Below the pieces are notes generated by a model. That model saw only the letters and a list, made by a program, of their open reading frames with translations, was not told the origin of the DNA and did not search any database. The position numbers were made by a program, and so were the translations under genes. From contig NMRA01000508.1 in assembly GCA_002633005.1 (NCBI GenBank), positions 103,250-167,249 of the forward strand: a stretch of 64,000 bases of DNA. The letters run 5' to 3'. Shown piece after piece: positions 35,290 to 48,258 of this stretch; position 1 is the first letter of the stretch, and every line of letters begins with the position of its first letter. Source of the DNA: Phoronis australis (taxonomy: Eukaryota > Animalia > Phoronida).

Positions 35290-36750
35290 CGAGCTGGTGA
35301 AGGAGTGCAGACTGAGGACCTTTGCTGCAGGGTAGAAGGATGCCATCTTGCAGAACATTTGTGGATGATTTGACTATCACAACAGGATTTCCTGCAGGTG
35401 CCACTCGATTGGTCAAACTCCAGGAGAGCTAGCACGCACAAGTTTCAAGATGGAGAAGTCTTGAAGCCTTGTGATTGTGAAGGGGAAAGTCAACCCACAC
35501 CATACGTTCAAGATAGGATCAAAGGCTATCTGGGACGCTTTGGCACATTTCGCATTATGTATAATTGGAAATACCAAGGAATGCTGTAAATCCTTACTGA
35601 AATAGACTTAAATTTACGTAATAGTTCTATCTATTACTATCTCCTGTCACCGAAAGCTACATTTATGCCCTGACTGATCATTAAAAACACAAACAGTAAA
35701 CCTTCGGAGAATTTAAATATCGGGCTGAGTAAACAAGTAATGGCCAAGGGTACCTTGTCGCCAAACTGCAGCTCGAGTGCATTGATTTTATGTAATGCAC
35801 GATATTTAGGGTCCGTCCGATACTTCGGTATACTATATGAAGGGAAATCGTACAACGGGTCTTTGAGAGATGTTGAACATATCAAAGCAGCCAGAAAGGA
35901 GCTGAATTACAATTTGATCAAGATTGAGAAAAGTGGTCTCCCAGGCAAATGTTAACCCTGGTGTTACCATTTTGGGCTTTTCTCTGAGGTCATGTGGTCA
36001 CTGACAGTATACAATTTCTCAATTTCATCTTCAGAGAAAATGGAAGGGTTGGCGAGCAGATGGTTAAGTCAGTGGTTGGGGATTCCTCCAAGCTTTTTCA
36101 AGATTCGACTTATACACCAATGGTGATGCATCTCTACCAGTGACATCGATTGTGGAAGACTTCAAAGTAGTAAAGTGCAGAGCAGTATTGAATCTGCAGG
36201 ACTCAAGAGATGACATGATCAAAGAGTGCGACTTATCGGTAAATTCTGGGAGGAATTGGAAGGCTGCCGCTGCAGTTGTAGAGACAGAGAATAGGTCGAG
36301 AACAAAGACTCTGTGGGTACAGTCTGCCATGGAAGATAAGTATTTGGAATGGTTCCAGGAAAGAGGAGGAAGTCTTCAACAGGGAAAGGGAAGCCCAAAA
36401 TTTTGTTGGACGACGTTAGTTCCCAAGATAATGAAAGAAGTGGTTCGAATGAGGAAATAAGGTGCATTTTCGTCATGGGAAGGAGCGTATAATAGAAGGA
36501 TAACTGGTAAAGATTGTCTGTCTCCAGACCAATTCTCCGTATACGACACTCTTTCAACTCCAGTCAAACTTCGAACGTACGGCATGACTGTGGATGATAA
36601 CTGTTGTGGCTGTGGCAAACGCTCTAATTTAGAACACGTTTCATGGAGCTGCAAAGAAGCTCTCGTACACATGGCGCCATGACAAGATTCTGAACTCCAT
36701 TGGTCTAGAGAGAAGGGAAGAGGTGACTCACTCAAGCAAGGAAGCACTTG
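35290..36750 (+). mobile_element. Degenerate Hero-clade (RLE) non-LTR retrotransposon
   Basis: Fragments RTFVDDLTITT (RT catalytic motif), KSxSLVIVKGKV, IEKSGLPGK, RWLSQWLGIP, LPVTSIVEDFKV, SGRNWKAAAAV and a CCHC knuckle (CCGCGKRSNLEHVSWSC) occur in the order typical of Hero ORFs. Many stops and shifts. Confidence 0.8.
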
Positions 36751-37802
36751 ATGATTTTGCGGTCCCTGTGAATATTTGTATTCCTGTTATACAGTTTTGA
36801 AGATTGTCAAAGCTCGTCAGCCGTCGAAAGCGTTAAAATTTTAAAAAATGTGAACAATCAGTTTGCCATTTGGCAACTCTTAGGTAAACAGGATTTTCAG
36901 GCCACAAAATGGACGAAAAGGCGGACACTGTTCACCCCAGGGTATCCAGCGAATTTCTCGGAACGTCAAAGACTTTATGGAACAGTAACAGGTTGAAGTG
37001 AGATACATGTAGTCACTATTCCTGGGCTTGGCAGAATGTGTATTGGATGACATAATTTCTGAAGGTAAACCACCATACCTGTTTAGCGTACGATTTTTAA
37101 AGTCAAAAAAACAAACAATAAGGAAGGCAAGCAACCAACATGATTGTTTTTTTAAAGTTGAAAAGTAAATATTGGCCGTTTACGAACTTTAAAATTGATG
37201 CAATAATAATTACATGTAACTAATAAGTCTTCTTCCTTACTAATGCGGCTAACCCAAGCATACATGTAATACATGTAACTTGAGAATCGGTTAGGATGGG
37301 TTAGTCACAGTGGCTTAATCTCGCTTAGGGGTTAAAGTAACACGTGGTTTGTTCGAAATGCACGGCTATTTCTCGTGAAAGCTCGCGTGATCTTACCAAC
37401 TCTCTGGTGCTTAGGATCTTAGTTTTGCTGAGAATTTTAACAAAGAGGATTTTCCCACCATGTGCTGCCCTGAAGACTAAGTGGCATTTGGAAATTATTA
37501 GCAAATCATTAGGTTATATAATGATAATACCAGGGTCACGTGGAGCAACCAATAGAAATGGTTTGTAAGGTGAAAGAGTAGTAGGAACTCCCGAACTAAC
37601 GTTTTCAAGATTAATTTTTCTCATGTTACTGCCGTAGAAAACGACTCTTTTGCCTATTTCATACAAGGAAATTCCCCCTCTCGGCACGCATGGCGCAAAT
37701 TACGATAAAAATGTATATTTATAAAGTCCCAGCGCTATTATTTTTTATTTTCTGCTGACATTTTAATTTCCTGTCTCGGGTCAACTGAATACGAAACCTT
37801 AC

Positions 37803-37944
37803 CGTGCTCATTGGATTCCTCTCGTGACGGCTCGTCCAACATGCTCCAGAGTTGGGGGTTTTGGGGCAGAAATTTCGCCTGGCATTGGCTGCACAAACAA
37901 ATCAGCGCAAGTGCGCACAATCTGAGAATGTTTTTGACCTTCAT
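37803..37944 (-). CDS. Secreted prepropeptide, exon 1 (signal peptide)
   Basis: CAAAATG start context. MKVKNILRLCALALICLCSQCQA has a basic n-region, hydrophobic h-region and CxA cleavage site, followed by KFLPQNPQLWSMLDEPSREESNEH. Donor G|GTAAGG, phase 1. Confidence 0.65.
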
Positions 37945-39498
37945 TTTGCCACCTGTTGACGAAAAGAAAAAAAGACGTAATCTATGGGACGCCCATTTAC
38001 TCCAAAAGCCAACACCATCATATATTATCTTACCATTATCTGGCCACAGTTAGATTCACATGTTTCCACATGGGGATATTTTCTGTCGAAAAAGCATCAC
38101 GTTATATTGTAATACTGAGCATCAAAAGATGTAAATACCAAGTATAACCATTTAACTGCACCTCATAGCTGCTGATTATTTTACTCGTAATATTGCAATC
38201 ACTTTAAAACGCCAGTGCCCTTCCAACAATATTTGACTGGATACACGAAATCAAAACTGATGTGCATTTGTTGCTTTCCATGACGTATTCTTTGCCAGGG
38301 GGCCTGTTCCGAGAAACTGACTTCAGTTCATTTTCACTTGAGTTTAAGATTTGTCTTAACTTTGAAACTTCCACATTCGGCAAGTTAGTCAAAATTACGA
38401 CAAAACTTATATCAAAGTCTTAAATCAAACTTAAGATGTCTTTCTTGAATAGGTTTTAAGACAAATTTGCTGTCACTAAAACCTTTTGCGGCTCCGCCGA
38501 TTTTCTACCGAAGTGCAAAACAGTCATATCATTAGAAAGCCGTTCATAAGATGTTGATAGTGTATGATAATACCGGAAGCAAAATATAAACAATTTACTT
38601 CATACATAACTTTTGCCTACCCGACAGTTTTAAGAAATATTTTGTAATTTTAAAAACCAAGATTGTTACCAAAATGCGAAACACAACGGAGTGTAACGAT
38701 AAAAGCCTTCATGCACTCATCAGCTGATTGATAAATTAATTAGTCAACTAATTAAGTGTAATGTCAATTAATTCATGACGTAACAGTAACAGGAAAAGGA
38801 AACGAACCAGATTCAAAAAATTTTAGTATTCGAATCTCTCACAGTTGCTGTGAAGAATTTAATCAGGTATTTATCCAACACTATACACCCCTTTATGTAA
38901 ACTGAATAATTGGCGCCGTTTAATACAATTGCATTCTTCAGTAAAAAATCAGGATGCAGTGACATTTACAAAAATGTGGTGGACTTTTCGCTCCAAATAC
39001 TGTACACGTGTTCGAAGACTGCAGATAAGGGATTTCCGGTTTATGAAACTAGGCAAACATCTACATGTACTACAGTGTATGCTGCGTGTACCAAACACAG
39101 TAGATTTGCATCAGTGAATTACTGAAACCAAACACTAGTATGTCAAACTAGTAGCACCACTGATTTGAAAATACAAAAATATTTAAATAGTTGTTATGGC
39201 AATTACTGCAAATAATCCTGATAACTAATCATGCAGCAACAAAACGCTGCATAAAACGCATACACCAGAATCTCATTAAAAAACATTAATTTTTTGTTGG
39301 CCTCATGAAAGATGTGCCATGAACCTGTAGCGTAATTTTACAAATCCAATAAAGGGTTACCATGACAGCGGATATGCAAATTCGTCACATGCATTCAAGA
39401 CAAGACCGGTGCTATTACTACACCGTATTCACATGTTTGATGATTGAACGACGAGATTCTTTTAGTATTAGTTTGTAGCACTTTATGATGACAATCAC

Positions 39499-39528
39499 AT
39501 GAATGAATGAATGAATGAATGAATGAAT
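39499..39528. repeat. (ATGA)n microsatellite
   Basis: About 7 ATGA units. It may be the (ATTC)n tail of a minus-strand LINE. Confidence 0.85.
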
Positions 39529-41105
39529 ATCCTTATTGCAGAATTTTCAAACGTCCATATACAGAACGATGCAATACAATAAAAACGTTTTAGTAAAATG
39601 TTCGACATTGGTGGTGATTAGGGCGAGAGATATCCTGGAATATTAAATGGTGGCTGAGAGAAGAGTACATGTACATGTATACGAAAATACACTTTCCGCT
39701 ACGGAGCGCAGATTCACGCATCTTGCCATAAGTGTCTCGCGAGAGATGGCGTGACTGAAAGCGCCCTTGTTTGGAGGAATTTGTACACAGGTGATCTCAG
39801 TTGTCCTGTAAGGTACATAACTTGAAACAGGTGTTTCACGTAAACACAGAAAGCAAGACCAATCTGTCAGAAACGTTTTTGACTGTTTCAGGAAAAACAT
39901 GTTCAGCTACCGGTGTCATTTTTTGTAACAAAATATGAAAACGACAAATCGACATCAACCATAAGGCGCCATCTGTGGAGTCTCCCGTGACAGGTGCGGC
40001 GTTGCAAACTTTCGCATAACGTTCAACCACAAGGTATTCCATCGACATTGGGACCTTGGTGTAAAACAGATATTCCGGAGTCGAAAACAGACTCCTGCAC
40101 TTCCCTCGGGATCGGACAGTACATCTCTCCCACACTTTCAGTTAAACATTGTTTATCTCAGGAAAACAGTGCCTTAGTACCTTTAAAGTGTTTTGTGTTC
40201 ATAGACATGTATCAATTTCACATTTTGATGAAAATATAAATCTTTCTGGTTTAAATATTTGCTGTGATGTGTTGTTTTACTATTTGAGAATTTTAGACAA
40301 TTTATGACCGATCTCTAGCGAGAATATGTTTTACTCGCGGACTTGCACAGTTTAGCGGACATGAACAATAAGAAATGGTATGTGCTAGTGTGGTTGACGT
40401 CACAAAGGTCACAGAATCCAGGAGGATGATCCGCCAAAAAGAGTGTTAATGTGTTGCGCTCAGAAATTTCGATTCCAAATTTCATTTTAATGATCAGTGA
40501 CGAGTTGAAGTACAATTTTTAGGACAACAACGGGGAAATTGGTGATGGTGGAAGTCTTCTGAGTGAGTCCATGACAAAATCCTGAAATTAATTGTGCGCC
40601 GGAAATAATGTACATGTAAATCGACGATCCCTAAAATGCAACCAATTGTAAAGATATTTAAAGAATTAAAATCCTTTAAAAACTTTTATGATTAAAATCA
40701 ACAATTGCACTCGAAAGTCGAAATGCTATTTTTGTAGATCATTTGAAAATATTTTTCGAGGAACTATTGAATAATCTGAAATAAACTGAATATTCTGGAA
40801 CCGAGATAACGACGTGCTCAGATTATACATGTAGATTATGTTGAAATTCGACCACACACATGCTGTAGGAAATTTGCCGATGAAAATCAAATAAAAAAGT
40901 CATTACAACATAAGTTAATAATGACAATTTTTAAAGAAAAAATGCAGAAAACAACTTGAAGGTACTTAAATATGCTTTTAACTCAAAGTTTGACGCTACT
41001 GACATCGTATCAGAAATTTTGAAAAATTGCCCTGGTTTCCTGTCCGATCCCCGTGATTTCTGTTTTAAAGGTCGGTGTTCGTGTTTTAAAAGTCGAGCGG
41101 TTCGA

Positions 41106-43040
41106 CTTTTTCTTTTTTCATTTTTACTATGAAATATTCAGTACAATAAATATGCATACTCAGATAGCGCCAAGAGGCATTGTATCAGGGTTAAATAAAT
41201 ATCAAGAAATTTATATACAACTATTATACAAAAATACAAAAATTAAAAAACGGATGTTAAGATTATAATGACATGTGATTATGAATACACAATTAGTTAT
41301 TATCGACTCGCACCAAAAGATTTAATATTAAAAAGAAATTTTGATACAATTTCGAATAAAACCTTATTTTCATTTGGGTCGAGTTCTTTACGTCTATTTA
41401 GAAAAAAAAAATTGTTGTACATTTGATGAATTTCAGAATATTTTTGAAAAAATTTGTGGGGTATTGTTCGTGTGTCTGGAAAAGCTGTACCCTCTTCTCC
41501 CCAAATACCGCACTAGCAAAGAAAACATGAGCATTTGTCTGAGTGTCTCCACGGGAACATGTCTAACTTTGTCGTTGTTTAGGAATAATCCGTCCGCATT
41601 CGTGTTTTTAGGGCTGCTTAGTCGTTTTGAAGGTGCGGAAGCCTGTTTTCAACTCCGGGATATCTGTTTTACACCGGGTATTTAAATTTCGATTTAACAC
41701 GTTGAACCATATTCACGTAGATTCGTGCAACAATTTTATCTGTGTCTGAGCCTTGGACTTCTGACGGTAATATACATGTACAACCCCTTTGACTTCTGGG
41801 GCCTTTAATATTGGAATTTGAAATTCATTTTTAAGGAAAAAGGCTCAAAACGCGAAGTGTAAATATGTATAACACAAAGTGTGTTACAAAAGTTGAAATC
41901 TAAAATGTTTTTCAAAGCTTCAAATATTTGTTGATACTAGTATTCCAAAGTACAAGAAATTGTGGAAACCTTTTAATTTTACACAAGCATACACGCATTC
42001 TCTCTAGGGGCATTATTACAAGTTTTTGGTACATAAAAGAGAATAGGGGTCCATCTACGGTTGAATTTAAGAAATTTACAAAATTTGTTATACGGATATA
42101 TTTGTTGTGTTGTTATATTCGGAGATTTCAAACTTATTTTTTTTTTAGATCAGGGAGAAGTGTTTTTAATCTCTAGCAATTTACTGTTTTTCATATTTTT
42201 AGAACTGATAGTGCTTCACTAAATTTAATTTGGCCGCCAAGTCGAAAGCCTGTTTCATTATTTAATTTTGACTACCACTTTCATGAATTATTGTATTCAA
42301 ATAACAATCTCCTAACTAGTCATTTGTGCTCGAATATAACACTTTAAAAAATCACATATCCTCGACAAAAGCTGGGAATGTTCAGTTATAATTTCATTAT
42401 TAGGACCAATTAACATTGTTATATTTTTATTTACTGTTTTTCGAGATTAACCAAATATTTTGTAGGTTTTTCGTCAAGTTCTATCCACTTGTTTCTAGTT
42501 GTTATTGGGGTTTTCATGATATTTTCTCTAAACCATAGTATATCCTCCGAAACTTGTTCAAGGATTTTAACGAACACAGCTGGTTTCCAAAATTTTAATA
42601 TACGTTTGTCTGTATCTTTCTTTTTGATTTGGCTAAAGCAAACTATTTTGGAACGAATGTGAAGTAAAAAAACAAAAAGTCCCCAATAGTGGGACATCTA
42701 AGCTATCTAAGCAGACACCTGGAATTTCGAGGTCTCTCTACTATATGAGTGTCCTCTTTATTGAATCAACGTATTTTGGATCTTTTAAAAGGGAATTACC
42801 ATAAGCCCGGACCCCTAATAAAATTTGTTATTCGAATCCCGAGTAATACCGAAGAGTGGTCAGTCTTGCACCCATTATCAATTTTAACATTTTCTAATAA
42901 ATTTGATAACTACTCTGAAATAAAAAGGTCCAGTCTCGCTTGTTTGACAGGATTGTTTCGAAGTCTCCAATCTTATGAGCTCCCTTGTTTTTATAACTGG
43001 GCGCAAATCTTTGAAAATTATGTTTTGATAAATATAAGTT
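41106..43040 (-). mobile_element. Highly deleted Tx1/L1-type LINE remnant
   Basis: Minus-strand fragments RNNPVKQARLDLFISE, GCKTDHS (end of APE domain), RGPGLW and KWIELDEKPTKYLVNLEK. An A-rich 3' tail lies near 41106-41125. Confidence 0.65.
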
Positions 43041-43085
43041 CAGCGTATTAGAAAAGTAAAATCTACTTCCCGTCTTTCTCCAAGA

Positions 43086-43243
43086 CCTGCCTCCCGTTCA
43101 GTAAAGCTAGGACCTCGCTCAAAAGCAAGACTTCGTGAGATGACGTGAGACCCTGCCGTGTATTTCGAATGAGAGCAGGTGACGTTAGCTAGATTTTAGC
43201 TAGGTCCTAGTGTAGGTCCTAGCGTTAGTGAACGCACGCCAGG
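43086..43243 (-). mobile_element. Harbinger-like MITE, copy 2
   Basis: Reverse-complement homologue of 63556-63714, flanked by CTG/CAG. Confidence 0.75.
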
Positions 43244-44098
43244 TTGATCCCATCACCGCCGAAATCAGCGCAACCCATTGTACATGTAATGGAATGTAAT
43301 CAAGATGGAGACTTACCACTATTAGCTGGAATTTTCTTATGTAAATCCTGTGACGTTCCGCTGTTTCGAAATAACTCAGTGCTTTTCTTTCGTTAGTGCT
43401 GTTGGTTCGTCGTCAAACGTCTATAGTTTGTGTTGCATGGAAGCCGATGTCTCTTTATATAAAGCCATCCATGAGCCCGTTCAAGTGGTTGACAACCGTA
43501 AATCGGCAGAATCGAGCATTTCTGAATATTAAATGATCATTTGTTGCTCACGTTAATGATGTGACGTCGGGTAGCAAAGTTGTTGTTCCGTTTGCTTTGT
43601 TATGTCCTCACCAGTGTTGAAATGTTAAATTAAAACGAGGTAAAAAATGAGAAGATATCTGAATCTTACTTAAGTCTATTAGTTTGGAAAAATCTCAAGA
43701 TTCCGACTTCGTTTACTGTTGATTCAAGTATCTTAAAGAATGATGAGGCGTGTTTGATATATCTTGTTACGTCACGTTATATCGTGGTGAAGCACAACCG
43801 GAAATGTCCATCTGGCTTTTCGAATTTGCACTGTTATTGCTTCAGAATTGTGTTGAATTTTGCTAAACAGCCGGAAATTGTTTGGCATTGATTTTTTAAA
43901 AGCGAAAAATCAGCATTGTTTTTCAAAAGATTGTGTTTCCAGTCTACGAATAATTCACCGATCGACACTCCTCGCTGAGTCTCAAAAATTTCATATAATC
44001 TCGGCCCGTCGTCGGCATGATTATAAACAACTCGGGCTCTCCTAAATAGAGGAGTCTAATGCGGAAATCTTATAACCTCATAAATGAAAGTTTTTGGC

Positions 44099-44168
44099 AA
44101 CCTCTTCCCCAAGCCTCAGGATGACGCTGAAACCAATCAGCACCATCTTGAGGCTTGGGGACGAGGCT
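44099..44168. repeat. 70-bp hairpin mini-MITE
   Basis: AACCTCTTCCCCAAGCCTCAGGATG ... CATCTTGAGGCTTGGGGACGAGGCT forms a near-perfect stem. Confidence 0.7.
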
Positions 44169-44395
44169 GGGTTTTAGGGTTACCTATTTCCGGAGTACTG
44201 CATTGTTGGACATAATGCCTGAACTCTAAATTTTCTGACGATCAAAGTGAGCTTGCAATTAAGGCGGTGTCTGTAGGTCAACATTCCTGGAAGTAAGACG
44301 AGTAGTACATGTAGTTGGAAAGTCTAATACTGAAAGGAATGACCAAGCTTGTGAAAATTGACCTATAGTCAGGATTTAGAGTGACGGCTTAACAG

Positions 44396-45735
44396 ACCAA
44401 TCAGAATGCACCATCCTTGACATGCCTTCGTTTCCAAGCCGCCATTGTACCCGACAAAAAAACGTTGTCTGGTAAAATCTACTGTTCGTTTGTCGGATGT
44501 CACGTGACATTTAGAAAGGGGGTGGAACTTACGATAGCTCAATATTGTAGTCTCTGTGACCCTTTTTAGGCCTCAAGGAAACGAATAATCTATTGGTCTA
44601 CATGGGAATCATTTTAAGCACCCACATATACACTTAGCTATGTATATCTGAACATACTGAAACAAATGTACAAATACACATATGTATCACCAAAATGTCT
44701 TGCTGGATGTTTTATGTGATGTAGTGAATTGGTAATTGGCGGTATTTGTGGGTATTGTCACAGTAAAACCGCAAATTGTTTTTAATCAGCTCTTATGCAT
44801 GTAGTTTCGTTTGGCTAATTTAAACTTATATAGCACAAAAGGAGTCTCAGTCGATACTGATTTGCTCATTGAATTATAGTTATGCACCTTCCCAGATTTT
44901 CCAAAACCTGTGAGGTGAGTCGATGAACATGGTATAACTGCGATTTCCTTTGTCTTGAAACTTTGGCTTTGTCATTTCTCTAACGGTATACCATACAAGC
45001 CTTCTAAAATGAGGAGTAGTCCGACATTTCTATAGTTCTTGGCCTGTTTCGTAAAAATGACTTCAGTAATGCTCCACACAACGATATCTAAAATATTAAG
45101 TAAACATCGCTTAAACAAAAATGCAAAGTCTCTGAGAACATACATATTACAGTTAGTTATTTGCACAGTTAATTCAAAGTTTTGTGCAACCCACAGGGGC
45201 GGATCCAGGATTTTGAGTTAGGGAGCCCATGGCAGAGTACAGAGTATTATCCAGGATTTAGCCCGTCCGAAATTCACAACCCCGAAATGTCAAATGGATT
45301 CTGGGAGAATTTTAGGGGCCCATGGACCTCTTACTCCCCTAAATCCGAAACTACTCTAGTCCTGTTCAAAGCCCAATCGTTTTGTAATCGTTCCTCTCGA
45401 AAAGCTGTTAGACACGTGACTGTGTATTCCTTACCGATTACATCCCTTCTAATAACAATCTCGATAACAATGTGCATTTATCGCGGCTGTAAACCTACGT
45501 TTTGCTGCATCGGGTCATTGTCTCGGGTGAACATCCCCCACCCCCTAAGATATGATGGTCGTGGGAGAACTGACTTATCGCCAGGATTTTTTAAGTGACC
45601 AATCAGAACGCAGTATTCTTGACACATAATCGTTTCCAAGCCGCCATTTTACCCGACAAACAACACGTTGTCGGGTAAAACTTATTGTTTGTTTGTCGAC
45701 ATTTCGCAAGAGGGCGGAGTTGCGATAGGTCAATT
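44396..45735 (+). repeat. Two diverged copies (44396-44545, 45597-45735) of an about 140-bp repeat with internal palindrome
   Basis: Both copies share GACCAATCAGAA..CGTTTCCAAGCCGCCATT.TACCCGACAA...TTGTC.GGTAAAA. Confidence 0.7.
45194..45350. mobile_element. CAGGGGCGGATCC MITE (degenerate right end)
   Basis: Collinear with 53523-53680 over its length. Confidence 0.7.
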
Positions 45736-48045
45736 GCCGTCTCCAGCACGTTATACTTTGCAGAACTGTCGTCACATGGGTGGGGTCGACTTTGTGGTAC
45801 ACTTTCCATTGAGACTGGCGACCACAGGTGGTACATCGCGTCATTTGTTTGTGTTTGATGTCCATTTCCCTTATCGCCTCTGTTCTGGGGGTTTTGGTCT
45901 GGATTTTTTAATGCCACGCCCTGTCCATTGTCTCATGAAAGTCGTCCCCCAGATTAAACCCGGAGATCTCTACCTGATTTGTCAACCCCTGGCAAGTTCG
46001 GCACCGATTTTTTTTGAAAAAGTGCCAAAACGTTTCTTGAATATAATGGATCTTTTTTGTACCCTCCATTTTCCTTTGATCATCGTCAATGCACTTTTGC
46101 AAATTGTAGGAAATGTTATCATACAGTTCATGTAGGTGACGTCGGGTCTATCCGGCATTAAGTATTGTAATGGCTTATAAACAATTAATTTCTATTTTCC
46201 ATATTTTTTATCAAAATTACAATGTATAATTTGTTACTCTGATAAAAGTGTTTGCCTATTTTCGAGTGTGATGCGCTTGGAGATTCCTGAAGTTGATGCC
46301 GTAAAACTGAACAGATTTTTCGTCGTTACGCGTGCACCTCGTCACGCACAAGCGATTAGACGATTCCGAGTACATCAACGATAGACAACGCGATACACAA
46401 TGTAGTTGTTTGTATAACACTCAGTTACCTGTAGTATAAAAACAATAACACTTTAATCCATAACTGGCACGCTAATTCCTTATCTCTGTGATTGCTTGAC
46501 CAAATTGGTTAGATGTGAGTATGAAGTAGATGTACGTTGAACATTGGCAAATGTTTTTTAGAAGGCTGCAAATCACTGAGAGGTGTCCAGCAAGTATCCT
46601 GGCATGGTGCTGGGGAATACCTCTTCATGATGCGGATCATGTGAGCCCACTAGGTAGGTCACCTGTTTGCGGATTTTTGTTTTCACATTTAAAAGTTGTC
46701 AAATAGCGTTGCCGTTTAGTTCCTGCTATACATTGGCATACATGTACATGTAGTTAGGAGTATGAAAATGCAATTGAAGACCGTTCAAATTTTTGGAATT
46801 ATTATACTCTGTACTGAGCGTTTCAGGATCTATTAATGTGAGTATCGTTTCACAAATTAAACTTTCACACGCATTAACAATGTTTAAACTTGGACGTTCA
46901 AATTCATCGATCCAAAAACAAAATGGCAGACTCCAACGGCTTTACTCATAGGAACGTACGACCTTTAATGAAACGGCAGTAATGCGTACGTTTTCGTTAC
47001 ATCCAGACCTATGTGATAACCCTCAAAAGCAGCACAGCGTAACTTTCTTCAAAAGGAACGAGTGCTGCTGTTTTTTTTTTCTCTGAGCAATCAAGCTCGT
47101 TGTCAGATAAATACATTTAAGTTGCCCAAAATGTGTGCATACATGTCTGTACTTTTTAAACCATGGGGTCAAACTTGTTGACGTCAAGATCTGTTTTAGA
47201 TGATGTTTATCACTTTGGTTCTGGCGTCAATACATTCTAAAGGTTCTGGAAATTTCTGAGAGCAAATCGCACAATCAGTGATATGATTGGATAAGATCAT
47301 GTGTTTTTTGTTATCCAATCGTTAAGTAAGTGTATTAATATAATTTGGGCAGGTAAAGTCTTAAAAATACTATGATGAGATTGCGTAGTTGAAGCTAGAA
47401 GACTTGCTACAGTGTACAGAGGAAATTGTACAACAAAGCCATTATAAAGAGGATCTTGGCAAGGTCAAAGGTTAACGAAGAGGAAGTCAACTAAGAGCTT
47501 GTCACTTGCATCGTGGGTAGAGGATACTGCCTGCAAGTGTTACGTCACGAAGGACTTTTGCCAGCAAGAACACTGTCACAGTACAGTGTGTGTCAGTTAC
47601 AAGATTTACCAACAGAGCTGTCATCCAACGATCGAGTCCTACCGATTGGAAAGCAGATAAGACGTTTAATTATTTACACATAAGTGATTGAAGAAATCCT
47701 TACAGAGGGCTCTAACGTAGATACTCTTATTCACAGTTAGTCTACTTAATTAACAATAGATTTCATTAGTTTTAATTAGTGGTTATCATATAATAAATTA
47801 AGTACTGGATTATACCGTTCTCTCTTCATCCACGCACAAGGCATAGCTGCGTTTTAAACAAATTCACAGTCAAGACTGAAGAACACCTCGACTTCTTGTT
47901 GTTCGTAATGAGTCTACACCCAACTGCAGCTAAATGTTTTGTAGGAACAAGTCACAGTGACGATAAAATGAATATTGACAAACTGACAAAACATGACCTT
48001 GTATGATATTGTTTCTTTTTTGTTATCCGAGGCCGAGAGTAGTTT

Positions 48046-48258
48046 CATGCACGCAACCAGCCTTTGATATGGCAAAGTGAACTTTTGCGAACAAAAAAGC
48101 GGGAGGACTAAAAAAAAACGGAGTATCACCTTTTTAGTGGACTGTTGTCTCGTTTTCTAGGACTTTTTGTTTCTATAAGGCGGACCTTGTTACCCACTTC
48201 GCAAACTGGGGGGCTCGTTCGACCCCACCGAGCCCCCCCCCCCTTGGGTGAGCGCATG
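48046..48258. mobile_element. CATG-terminal MITE with 5-bp TSD AGTTT
   Basis: CATGCACGCAACCAG...TTGGGTGAGCGCATG, with AGTTT at 48041-48045 and 48259-48263. Confidence 0.8.

Noticed and set aside
45780-47660. Cys-rich snippets (RCTTCGRQSQW on -, ACKCYVTKDFCQQEHCHSTVC on +) as piggyBac C-terminal relics or small Cys-rich peptides
   Set aside because: Too short and degenerate, with no start, signal peptide or supporting transposase core.
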